Part shown: positions 1-8,321 of the stretch, one piece after another
How positions within the stretch are numbered: the first letter of the stretch is position 1
Layout of the letters: the number at the start of each line of letters is the position of its first letter
NCBI GenBank assembly: GCA_020720785.1
Contig: DYOA01000012.1
Span: 924 to 64,923 of the forward strand
Reading direction: 5' to 3'
Origin: Leptospira biflexa
GTDB lineage: Bacteria > Spirochaetota > Leptospiria > Turneriellales > DYLW01
Length of the DNA: 64,000 bases
Position numbers and translations under genes: made by a program
Notes under the pieces: generated by a model
Databases searched by the model: none
Told to the model about the DNA's origin: nothing
What the model saw: the letters and a program-made list of their open reading frames with translations, nothing else

Positions 1-1
1 A

Positions 2-151
2 GATATGTCTCGCGAGCTTGTGAAAAAACTTTCGGGAGCAGAGCTGGTGGAATTCGAAGGAGTCACGCACATGGGGCCATTGCTGTTGAAGAAAGAGTCT
101 GAGCTGGTCTTTGGGCGGTACGTGGATTTTCTGAAGCAAGTGGATAAATGA
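2..151 (+). CDS. 3' end of a CDS entering from the left edge, probably an alpha/beta-hydrolase C-terminus
   Basis: Frame 2 reads DMSRELVKKLSGAELVEFEGVTHMGPLLLKKESELVFGRYVDFLKQVDK* (TGA 149-151). 'AELVEFEGVTHM' resembles the catalytic-His segment of alpha/beta hydrolases. Only a fragment is visible. Confidence 0.5.
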   Translation, partial: DMSRELVKKLSGAELVEFEGVTHMGPLLLKKESELVFGRYVDFLKQVDK

Positions 152-311
152 AGGCGTCTTTGATAGCGAGGGATGGAGAGTTATCCCGGAAACTATTGGA
201 GCGGAGGAGGGAAACCCGGGACGTTACTATTATTATGTCTCTTCTTTGGGTGGACAAATTTCTTCTATGTGACTAACATCATGGGAAACAAAAAAAGGTG
301 ACTAACCACAA

Positions 312-330
312 GGGATAATTTATTTATCCC
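312..330. promoter_or_regulatory. Perfect 7-bp inverted repeat upstream of recQ, possible operator
   Basis: GGGATAA-tttat-TTATCCC, 45 nt upstream of the likely recQ start. Function is inferred only. Confidence 0.3.
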
Positions 331-374
331 AATAAAGGAAAATTGTAAGAGAATATTATATGGAGGAATCAACG

Positions 375-2399
375 ATGACAAGACAGGAAGCGGAAAACCG
401 TCTCCGGGGGACATTCAATCTTCCGGTTTTTTATGATAATCAATGGGATGCAATTCAGAGAATATTAAATAAGGAGAGGGTGCTGTTGATTGAGAAAACT
501 GGTTTTGGCAAATCCCTGTGTTATCAGTTTCCAGCCACTGTTTTCAGTGGAACCACTGTGATTTTTTCTCCTTTGCTTTCTCTAATGAGAGATCAGGTAA
601 AAAAAATGACCGCATTGGGAATTTCTGCTGCCTGTATCAACAGCGAACAGTTACCGGAAGAAAATCAAAGAATAATGGCAGACGCTGTTTCAGGGAATGT
701 AAAGATATTGTATATTGCTCCGGAACGAATGGAAAACCATGATTGGATCAATATTTCCCGCCAGATCAGTATTTCTATGGTGGTTGTGGATGAAGCTCAT
801 TGCATTTCCGTATGGGGACATGATTTCCGGCCCGCATTCCGAAGAATCATTGATCTTATTAAATTCCTTCCCGCAGATGTTCCGGTGCTGGCCACAACAG
901 CCACCGCAACGAAAAGAGTGGAAAAAGATATTGCGAACCAGATTGGTGGAGGAATTCAGATAATTCGTGGACATTTGATGCGTGAGAATTTAAAGTTATT
1001 TGTTCTTAACGTTGAGAATGACGATGAGAAATTTATATGGCTGGGAAAGGTAATTCCCCGTTTGCCCGGTAATGGAATTATCTACACCGGAACCAGGGCG
1101 GATACAGAAATTTATTCCCATTGGCTGGAAGATTGTGGGATTTCTTCGGTACATTACAGCTCCAAACGAAATTCTGAATCCAGGGTCAGGATAGAAAACG
1201 GTTTTATGGAGAATAAATGGAAGTGTATTGTGGCAACAAACGCCTTGGGCATGGGAATTGACAAAAAGGATATCCGCTTTATAATTCACACACAGATTCC
1301 CCAATCTCCCATCCATTATTATCAGGAAATTGGGCGGGCTGGAAGAGACGGGGGAAACGCCTATATTATCCTTCTTTATCGTCCGGGGGATAAACGCCTG
1401 CCATTGAGTTTTATCCATACGGCCAAGCCATCCATAAAGGATTACCAGAAAGTAACAGATGCGATAAAGGATGGATTATTGGGAGAAAAAGAAATAACAA
1501 TGCAAAGCGATCTTAAAAAAACGACAATAAGAACTATTCTTGCAGATTTGATGGATGCAGGCATTATCCGCAAAATTCCTGTGGGTAGAAGTTCAAAATA
1601 TGAGTTTATTCCTGGTTCCAAGTCTCTTGATACATCACACTTTGCTGAACTTAAAAAAGTTAAATTAAAGGAATTGGATGACATGGTCAGCTATGTGAAA
1701 ACCACAGAGTCCAGAATGAAGTATTTAACGGATTATCTGGGGGATAGCCAGAATAAAAGTTTCGCCAACTGTGATAACACAGGAGAAAAAAAGATGAGAG
1801 TGGTCACCACACCGGAATGGAGACAAAAACTGGATAAATTCCAGGGGAGTAATTTCCCAATTCTGGAAGTGAAGGCACGGAGATCTCATCTGGTTTCTGG
1901 TATAGCCGGATCTTACTATGGGGTGACGGATGTGGGCAAGGTTATCCATAAATGTAAATACCAAAACGGAGGAGACTTCCCGGATTCTCTTGTAGCATTG
2001 ACAGTGAATGCATATCAGGAAAAACTAAAATCAGAAAATTTTGATCTTATCCTTTACGTACCATCGACAGTATCCGGGGATCTTGTGAAAAACTTCGCGG
2101 AGAAGGTCGCAGACCGCATTCATCTGCCCGTATCACACAAGCTTAAAAAGACAAGAAACACAAGCGAGCAGAAGATATTTATTACCAATTTTCTGAAATC
2201 AAATAATGTGAAAGACGCGTTTACAGTCAGTGACCCATCGGAAGTGGAAGGCAAAAGCATTTTACTGATTGACGATATATTTGACAGTGGAGCAACCATA
2301 AAGGAAATTGCTGCGATGCTCACAAAAATGGGAGCCACAAAGATTGCCCCTTTGGTTATCGCAAAAACGGTGGGAGGAGATCTGGCAGATGATACATGA
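375..2399 (+). CDS. recQ: RecQ-family ATP-dependent DNA helicase fused to a C-terminal ComF-like phosphoribosyltransferase domain
   Basis: Walker A KTGFGKSLCYQ, VVDEAHCISVWGHDFRP, ATNALGMGIDK and YYQEIGRAGRDG motifs. The C-terminal LLIDDIFDSGAT is a PRPP-binding loop. Start set at ATG 375 (GGAGG at 362-366); the ORF track opens at 360. Confidence 0.93.
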   Translation: MTRQEAENRLRGTFNLPVFYDNQWDAIQRILNKERVLLIEKTGFGKSLCYQFPATVFSGTTVIFSPLLSLMRDQVKKMTALGISAACINSEQLPEENQRIMADAVSGNVKILYIAPERMENHDWINISRQISISMVVVDEAHCISVWGHDFRPAFRRIIDLIKFLPADVPVLATTATATKRVEKDIANQIGGGIQIIRGHLMRENLKLFVLNVENDDEKFIWLGKVIPRLPGNGIIYTGTRADTEIYSHWLEDCGISSVHYSSKRNSESRVRIENGFMENKWKCIVATNALGMGIDKKDIRFIIHTQIPQSPIHYYQEIGRAGRDGGNAYIILLYRPGDKRLPLSFIHTAKPSIKDYQKVTDAIKDGLLGEKEITMQSDLKKTTIRTILADLMDAGIIRKIPVGRSSKYEFIPGSKSLDTSHFAELKKVKLKELDDMVSYVKTTESRMKYLTDYLGDSQNKSFANCDNTGEKKMRVVTTPEWRQKLDKFQGSNFPILEVKARRSHLVSGIAGSYYGVTDVGKVIHKCKYQNGGDFPDSLVALTVNAYQEKLKSENFDLILYVPSTVSGDLVKNFAEKVADRIHLPVSHKLKKTRNTSEQKIFITNFLKSNNVKDAFTVSDPSEVEGKSILLIDDIFDSGATIKEIAAMLTKMGATKIAPLVIAKTVGGDLADDT

Positions 2400-3336
2400 A
2401 GAAGCGGCATACTGGATCACCTTATCCCATATTCCCTCTTGGAAATATTCCAGGGTAAACAATGTCGTTACAAAGTTTCACCATCAAGCTGGAATTTCCA
2501 TTAAGGATTTTTTTCAATTGGCGGAAAGTGACTGGAGACTGGAGTATGATTTCTCGGAAAAAGAGATTGCGGATTTACAGGCAGCCAAAGGCCAATTGGC
2601 GGGGAATGCTTTCCTGGCTGAATCCCTTTTTAACCAGGGCATGGAAATAATACCAATAATAGATTCTTTGTATCCCAAAAGTCTCAAAGAAAACCTAAAA
2701 ATGTCCAGTGCCCCCCCGGTTTTGTATGCCAAAGCAAATCTGGAAATGCTGAAAGAAAAATCCATTGCCATAGTGGGTTCCCGGGAAGCGGACGCGATCT
2801 CCCTGGAATTTACGGATTCAGTCGCAAAAAAGGCAAGCAACGACTACAAGGTTGTTGTGAGTGGATTTGCGAAAGGGGTGGACCGGCGGGCGTTGGATGC
2901 CGCCATCAAAAACAATGGTCAGAGTATTATTGTGCTTCCGCAGGGAATCAACACGTTTGGTTCCGGATTCAAGAGTTATTACCGGCAGATACAGGATGGA
3001 ACTGTTCTGGTGGTGAGTACATTTCATCCTAATGTTCCGTGGAAAGTGGAGCTGGCCATGGCCAGGAATGCGATCATCTATGGGCTTGCGGATGAAATTT
3101 ATGTGGCCCAATCGTCCGAAAAAGGCGGTACCTTGTCCGGGGTGATCCAGGGATTGAAGGCAAACCGGAGAATATTTATCCGCAAACCGGATCCGGGTGA
3201 AATAAATGCCAATGAAATTCTCATACAGAAAGGAGGTGTTCCTGTGGACAGAAATGGGGTGGAGATAGCTGTGGAGAATCCAGAAAAAAAGGGACAAAAA
3301 ACATCCGGAGTGCAGCTGGAGCTTAACCTGGAGTGA
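2389..3336 (+). CDS. dprA: DprA/Smf (SLOG superfamily) DNA-processing protein
   Basis: YP..L...PPVLY, IAIVGSR, VVSGFAKGVD and AMARNAIIYGLA motifs. ATG 2389 follows GGAGG at 2373-2377 and overlaps the recQ stop (2397-2399). Confidence 0.88.
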   Translation: MIHEEAAYWITLSHIPSWKYSRVNNVVTKFHHQAGISIKDFFQLAESDWRLEYDFSEKEIADLQAAKGQLAGNAFLAESLFNQGMEIIPIIDSLYPKSLKENLKMSSAPPVLYAKANLEMLKEKSIAIVGSREADAISLEFTDSVAKKASNDYKVVVSGFAKGVDRRALDAAIKNNGQSIIVLPQGINTFGSGFKSYYRQIQDGTVLVVSTFHPNVPWKVELAMARNAIIYGLADEIYVAQSSEKGGTLSGVIQGLKANRRIFIRKPDPGEINANEILIQKGGVPVDRNGVEIAVENPEKKGQKTSGVQLELNLE

Positions 3337-3461
3337 TCCCGAATCCTTTTATGACCGTTTTCCTGATGCTATTCCGGGATGGAAAAAACTGACGGGAGTT
3401 TATTTTCTTACCGTGAAACGATAATGTCTTGACGGTCTCATCCGGAAAATAAATTTCATAT

Positions 3462-4253
3462 ATGGTAAAGACCGAATCCATGGAAGAAGCAATCCGGAAA
3501 AAGAAAAAAGAAAGGGGATATGCGTTTATCCCGTATCTGGCGATGGATGATCCGGATATGGATAAGACCCTGGAAATTGCGGATTTATATATTAAGCGGG
3601 GAGCGGCGTCCATTGAGCTGGGTCTTCCCTTTACGGATCCCGTGGCCGATGGCGTCATTTTGCAAAGAGCCTTCCGGAGGATTTTAAAAAAACCTTTCAA
3701 AATCTCCCGCGTATTGACCACGCTACGGAAGCTTTCTGCGGCCCATCCGGGTTTCCCCTTCATTGTCATGGGGTACGCAAATATATTTTACCAGTACGGG
3801 ATGGAGAAAATCTCCCTGGATATGGAACGTGCCGGGGTGCGGGCTCTGGTGGTTCCGGATCTTCCTTTTGAAGAAAAGTTGCGGAATCCTCAGATTGCAG
3901 ACTCATCCATTCCCTGGGTTAATTTTATCACATTATCCAGTTCGCCGGAAAGAATCCGTACCGTGGTGGAGAAAAGCCATGGATTTATTTATCTTGTTTC
4001 CGTGAAGGGGATTACCGGAACCACAGAGCCGGACTTCCGGGAAGTGGAGCCTCTGGCACGGCAGATTAAAGCGGTGAAAGACATTCCGGTGATTATTGGT
4101 TTTGGCATAAAGAGTAAAAAACAGATAGCGGAGATTCTCCGCTTTTCCGACGGATTCATCATCGGCTCCCGGTTTCATGAAATTATTGAAAAAATTCCGG
4201 ATAAGGATATTCTGCCGGCACTGTCCAGGGAGCTGGACCTCATTCTCTTATAA
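3462..4253 (+). CDS. trpA: Tryptophan synthase alpha subunit
   Basis: FIPYL, IELGLPFTDPVADGVILQ (catalytic Glu/Asp), GFIYLVSVKGITG, IGFGI and DGFIIGS motifs. Confidence 0.93.
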   Translation: MVKTESMEEAIRKKKKERGYAFIPYLAMDDPDMDKTLEIADLYIKRGAASIELGLPFTDPVADGVILQRAFRRILKKPFKISRVLTTLRKLSAAHPGFPFIVMGYANIFYQYGMEKISLDMERAGVRALVVPDLPFEEKLRNPQIADSSIPWVNFITLSSSPERIRTVVEKSHGFIYLVSVKGITGTTEPDFREVEPLARQIKAVKDIPVIIGFGIKSKKQIAEILRFSDGFIIGSRFHEIIEKIPDKDILPALSRELDLILL

Positions 4254-4263
4254 AGCAGGAGTT

Positions 4264-4575
4264 ATGGAAAATAAAGAAAAAGAAATATCACGCACAATTC
4301 TCGCAGCCACCCAGAAACCGGTGGTGGGGGAGGCGGGTTTGACCTCCGCCTGGAGGACAGAAAAACCGGTTATCAATCATGAAGCCTGCATTGTTGTCCG
4401 CAAAAATAAGGAAGTATGCCATTTCTGCTGGATGTACTGTCCGGAAGCCACCATAAAAAAAACCATACCCGTGGAAATTGATTATGATTACTGCAAGGGT
4501 TGCGGTATCTGTGCCTATGAGTGCCCCCATAATGCCATCCTCATGGTGGATGAGTCCAGGGAGATTTCCCCATGA
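4264..4575 (+). CDS. porD: 2-oxoacid:ferredoxin oxidoreductase delta subunit (2x[4Fe-4S])
   Basis: WRTEKPVI, C...CHFCWMYCP and IDYDYCKGCGICAYECP motifs. ATG 4264 follows GGAG. Overlaps porA by 4 nt (4572-4575). Confidence 0.88.
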   Translation: MENKEKEISRTILAATQKPVVGEAGLTSAWRTEKPVINHEACIVVRKNKEVCHFCWMYCPEATIKKTIPVEIDYDYCKGCGICAYECPHNAILMVDESREISP

Positions 4576-5825
4576 GCAAGCCGGAAAAACTGGTGATCAC
4601 CGGTAACCATGCCGCCGCTTATGCTGCGAAAAGTGCGGATGTGGATGTGGTGGCGGCGTATCCCATCACGCCGCAAAGTCCGGTGGTGGAGAAAATCTCT
4701 TTATTTGTGGAAAGCGGCCAGATGCCCCGCACCCGGTATATCACCGTGGAAAGCGAACAGTCTGCCATCGCGGCGGTGATTTCGGCCTCCGCCACGGGTT
4801 CCCGGGTATTTACCGCAACCAGTGCCAATGGCCTCGCGTACATGTTTGAGCAGTTGAACTGGGCGGCGGGAAACCGGCTTCCCATCGTCATCTGTGTGGC
4901 CACTCGTGCTCTGGGTGCTCCCTGGAGTGTGTGGTCGGATAACCAGGACGCGTTTTCCGTCCGGGATTCCGGTTTTATGCAGATGTATGCGGAGGACAAC
5001 CAGGAAATATATGACACGGTTCTCATGGCGTATAAAATCGCGGAGGATAAACGCGTGTATCTCCCCATTCTGGTGAACTATGATGGTTTCATTTTATCCC
5101 ATACCCTCATGCCGGTATCCATTGAGCCGGAGGAAAAAATCCGGCGTTTCCTTCCGGATTATGTGCCGCATATCCATCTGACCGATTTTGATCATCCACA
5201 GGGGGTATCCCCCGTGACCACTCCGGACCCGATAGCGAGGGCAGGGGAAAAAACGGCTCCGGGTTATTTTGAGTACCGTTATTCCATGCAGAAGGCTCTG
5301 GAAAATTCCCTGGATGTGATCCGGGAAACCGGGGAGACCTTCCGGGAAATTTTCCATCGGTCGTATGGAAACGGAATTTATAAGGAATACCGCACGCAGG
5401 ATGCCGAATTGTTTCTCTTTGCGGTGGGCAGTCTGGCCTCGGAGAGCCGCAATGTGGTGGATTCCCTTCGCGAACAAGGGATTCCGGCCGGGTTAATTTC
5501 TCTGAAGGTATTCCGTCCTTTTCCCGTGCAGGAAATGCGGGAAGCATTCCATAATGCCAAACTCATCGTGGTGTTTGATCGGAATATTGGTTATGGATAT
5601 GAAGGGATCCTCGCCTATGAATTGAAGGCCGCACTGTATGGAAAGGAAAATCCGCCTTTGATAAAGGGGTTCATCGCCGGGCTGGGCGGAAGGGATGTAA
5701 CGGAAAATATCATGACGGAGGGCGTGCTCAAGACCAGGGACGCTTTCCAGAGTGGGTCCACCGCCCAGATGGATTTACCCCGGACAGATTATCTGGGTCT
5801 TTTTCTGGACAAACTGGAGTTATAA
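4572..5825 (+). CDS. porA: Pyruvate/2-oxoacid:ferredoxin oxidoreductase alpha subunit
   Basis: GNHAAA, AAYPITPQS, VESEQSA, RVFTATSANGL and AGLGGRD motifs. Confidence 0.93.
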   Translation: MSKPEKLVITGNHAAAYAAKSADVDVVAAYPITPQSPVVEKISLFVESGQMPRTRYITVESEQSAIAAVISASATGSRVFTATSANGLAYMFEQLNWAAGNRLPIVICVATRALGAPWSVWSDNQDAFSVRDSGFMQMYAEDNQEIYDTVLMAYKIAEDKRVYLPILVNYDGFILSHTLMPVSIEPEEKIRRFLPDYVPHIHLTDFDHPQGVSPVTTPDPIARAGEKTAPGYFEYRYSMQKALENSLDVIRETGETFREIFHRSYGNGIYKEYRTQDAELFLFAVGSLASESRNVVDSLREQGIPAGLISLKVFRPFPVQEMREAFHNAKLIVVFDRNIGYGYEGILAYELKAALYGKENPPLIKGFIAGLGGRDVTENIMTEGVLKTRDAFQSGSTAQMDLPRTDYLGLFLDKLEL

Positions 5826-5827
5826 AA

Positions 5828-6757
5828 ATGGGTATTAAACTGAATGAAATTCCTTTAAAAGAATATGTCCTGCCGGGGACCCGGCTCTGTTCCGGTTGCG
5901 GGCTCCAGCTTGCGTACCGGATGGCTCTGAAAGCTCTGGGAGACCGTACCATCGTCACCATCCCGGCATCCTGTTCCACGGTGATGCATGGAATGCAGGG
6001 TTTCAGTGCGGTGAATATTTCTGTTCTGCATACCACGTTTGAGACCACGGCGGCGTCCGCCTCCGGCATCGCTGCTTCCCTGAAAGCACGGGGGATTGAG
6101 GATGTGAATGTGGTGGCCTGGGCGGGCGATGGCGGAACGGCGGACATCGGTATCCAGGGATTGAGCGGTGCGGCGGAGCGTCAGGACGATTTTATTTATG
6201 TATGTTATGATAATGAATCCTATATGAATACCGGGACGCAGAGATCCGGAGCCACTCCCAAAGGGGCCATGACCACCACCACGCCGGTCGCGGGAAAAAC
6301 CCAGTGGAAAAAGGATGTGGTAAAAATCATGGAAGCCCACCAATTATCCTATATTGCCACCGCCAACGCGTCGTATCCGCAGGATCTGATGGATAAAATC
6401 CAGAAGGCAAAAGAATTCCGTGGGCAGGGGGTTCGTTATATCCATATTTTCAGTCCCTGTCCTCCGGGTTGGGGCTATAAAACCGAAGAAACCATTGAGA
6501 TGGGCCGGCTGGCCAACCAGACGGGATTGTGGCCGCTCTTTGAAAAAATCCATGGAAAACTGAGTATCAGCCCCGCGTCCGCCCGGTATATGCAGAAGGA
6601 AAACCGGAGAGATCTGCGGGAATATCTGGGAAAACAGGAACGATTTTCCCAGATTAAAGAAGAACAAATTGTTGCATGGGAAAAGCACATTGATTATACC
6701 TGGAAAAAAATGGAGCTGGAATTGACGATGCAGGAAGAGTTGGGAAGCTATGTCTGA
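5828..6757 (+). CDS. porB: Pyruvate/2-oxoacid:ferredoxin oxidoreductase beta subunit (TPP-binding)
   Basis: LCSGCG, PASC, AGDGGTADIGIQGLSG...YDNESYMNTG (TPP motif) and SPCP motifs. Confidence 0.93.
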   Translation: MGIKLNEIPLKEYVLPGTRLCSGCGLQLAYRMALKALGDRTIVTIPASCSTVMHGMQGFSAVNISVLHTTFETTAASASGIAASLKARGIEDVNVVAWAGDGGTADIGIQGLSGAAERQDDFIYVCYDNESYMNTGTQRSGATPKGAMTTTTPVAGKTQWKKDVVKIMEAHQLSYIATANASYPQDLMDKIQKAKEFRGQGVRYIHIFSPCPPGWGYKTEETIEMGRLANQTGLWPLFEKIHGKLSISPASARYMQKENRRDLREYLGKQERFSQIKEEQIVAWEKHIDYTWKKMELELTMQEELGSYV

Positions 6758-8321
6758 ATTTTCTATGCCGGAAACCCGCTTGGTGGGGAAGAATATCCGG
6801 ACAGTCCGGGAACATAAAAAACTGGAGATATCCCAGGTTTCTGCCCGGTCTTCCATTCCGGAAGAGGAGTTAAACCAGATTGAAAATGGTCTCCGGGATC
6901 CGTCCATCTCCGAACTGTTAAAAATTGCCACTACTCTGGATACATCCATCGGCATTCTGGTAATGGGAAAAGAAGCGGAAAACCTGAAAAAAATGGTGGT
7001 ACGTTCCCAGGAGAGAATTCCGGTCACTTTTGGGAAAACCGGAAAGAAAACCCGCTATGAAAGTCTGTCAGCGGATGAGGGGAACCGCCACATGGAGCCT
7101 TTTTTGGTGGAAATTTTTCCGGAAAAAGATCCAGCCTGGAGTTCCTATCCGGGGGAGGAATTTCATTACGTGCTTTCCGGGGACATCATATTGCATCTGG
7201 ACAATGAGAAACTGGAGCTGAAAGCTGGGGACGCTGTTTATTTTGATTCCTCCGTTCCGCATCGAATGCAATCCAGAGAAAATACGGCAAAAATAATCTC
7301 CGTCGTGTATCGTGCTCCCCGGAAAAATTTTACCGCAAAGCCCATGTTCCGCAGCCGTAAAATGGATAATATCATACAAGCCGCCCGATTGATCAAGAAT
7401 ACCAGTATGGGGATGGTCTGTCCGGATGTTTCCTCCATGGTGGCCATAAACCGTGCCCTGGAGGAAGGGATTCTGGAAAAAGCCTATTTTATTGGCTGCC
7501 GGGATACCATCCACCGAATGGTGAAACGCACCATAAACAATGTAAATCGGGTGGAGATTGTGGATGATTATCCGGCGGAGAATCTGGAGATGGAACATAT
7601 AAACGCCGCGGATTATGGAGTGCGTCTGGTGAAAGAAGGGAAAATCCAGATGCTCATGAAAGGAAATATCAATACCGCCACCTTCAGCCGCCCGGTCACC
7701 CACCCCCGGTATGGGATTGGGAATGGAAGAAGGCTTTCTCTGGTGTGTACGTTTGATCTTCCCAATGTGGACCGCCTGATATTTCTCACGGATCCGGGGG
7801 TTAATCCATCCCTTCTGCGGCATGAGAAGCCGGAAAGTGCACGGGATATTATTGAAAATGCGGTGTTTGCCGCACGGGCAATGGGGGTCTCCTATCCCAA
7901 AGTGGCCATTCTGGACGCCAATGAAGTTCCCTCCACCAATGTTCCGTCCACGCTGATGGCCCGGAAAATTGCTGCCATGCCCATTGAAAATGCGGTGGTG
8001 GAAGGCCCGCTGTCCTATGATCTTTCTCTTTATGAAGATGCCGTACGCAAAAAGCGGCTGAAAAATTCCGCAGTGGCGGGAAAAGCGGATATCCTGGTGG
8101 TTCCCCGCATAGAAGGCGGCAATTTTATTTATAAATCCTGGGTGATGACCTCCGGGGCGGAAGTGGCTAATATTGTCATTGGTGCAAGGGTTCCCATTAT
8201 TCTGACCTCCCGGAGTGATAACCAATCCACAAAATTTCTGAATATCTGTGCGGGAGTCCTGAACGCCCAATTAATCCACAAAGAAAATATTTCTAACGAA
8301 AAATCCGGTAGCGGAGCATAA
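6750..8321 (+). CDS. Fusion: XRE-family HTH + cupin + phosphate butyryl/acetyltransferase (PTA_PTB)
   Basis: N-terminal HTH (IRTVRE...LNQIENGLRDPSISELLKIA), cupin (MEPF...GEEFHYVLSG...GDAVYFDSSVPH), then PTB motifs (LMKG, TDPGVN, VEGPLSYD, GKADILVVP, GN, PIILTSRSD). Overlaps porB by 8 nt. Confidence 0.88.
   Translation: MSEFSMPETRLVGKNIRTVREHKKLEISQVSARSSIPEEELNQIENGLRDPSISELLKIATTLDTSIGILVMGKEAENLKKMVVRSQERIPVTFGKTGKKTRYESLSADEGNRHMEPFLVEIFPEKDPAWSSYPGEEFHYVLSGDIILHLDNEKLELKAGDAVYFDSSVPHRMQSRENTAKIISVVYRAPRKNFTAKPMFRSRKMDNIIQAARLIKNTSMGMVCPDVSSMVAINRALEEGILEKAYFIGCRDTIHRMVKRTINNVNRVEIVDDYPAENLEMEHINAADYGVRLVKEGKIQMLMKGNINTATFSRPVTHPRYGIGNGRRLSLVCTFDLPNVDRLIFLTDPGVNPSLLRHEKPESARDIIENAVFAARAMGVSYPKVAILDANEVPSTNVPSTLMARKIAAMPIENAVVEGPLSYDLSLYEDAVRKKRLKNSAVAGKADILVVPRIEGGNFIYKSWVMTSGAEVANIVIGARVPIILTSRSDNQSTKFLNICAGVLNAQLIHKENISNEKSGSGA

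Noticed and set aside
152-272. Open stretch reading GVFDSEGWRVIPETIGAEEGNPGRYYYYVSSLGGQISSM* and the antisense 63-257 ORF
   Set aside because: No convincing start, RBS or recognisable family; cannot be supported as a gene.
269-306. GTGACTAAC repeats as integron attC/attI or CRISPR repeats
   Set aside because: Only two 9-bp copies, no RYYYAAC...GTTRRRY pairing, and no integrase or cas gene.
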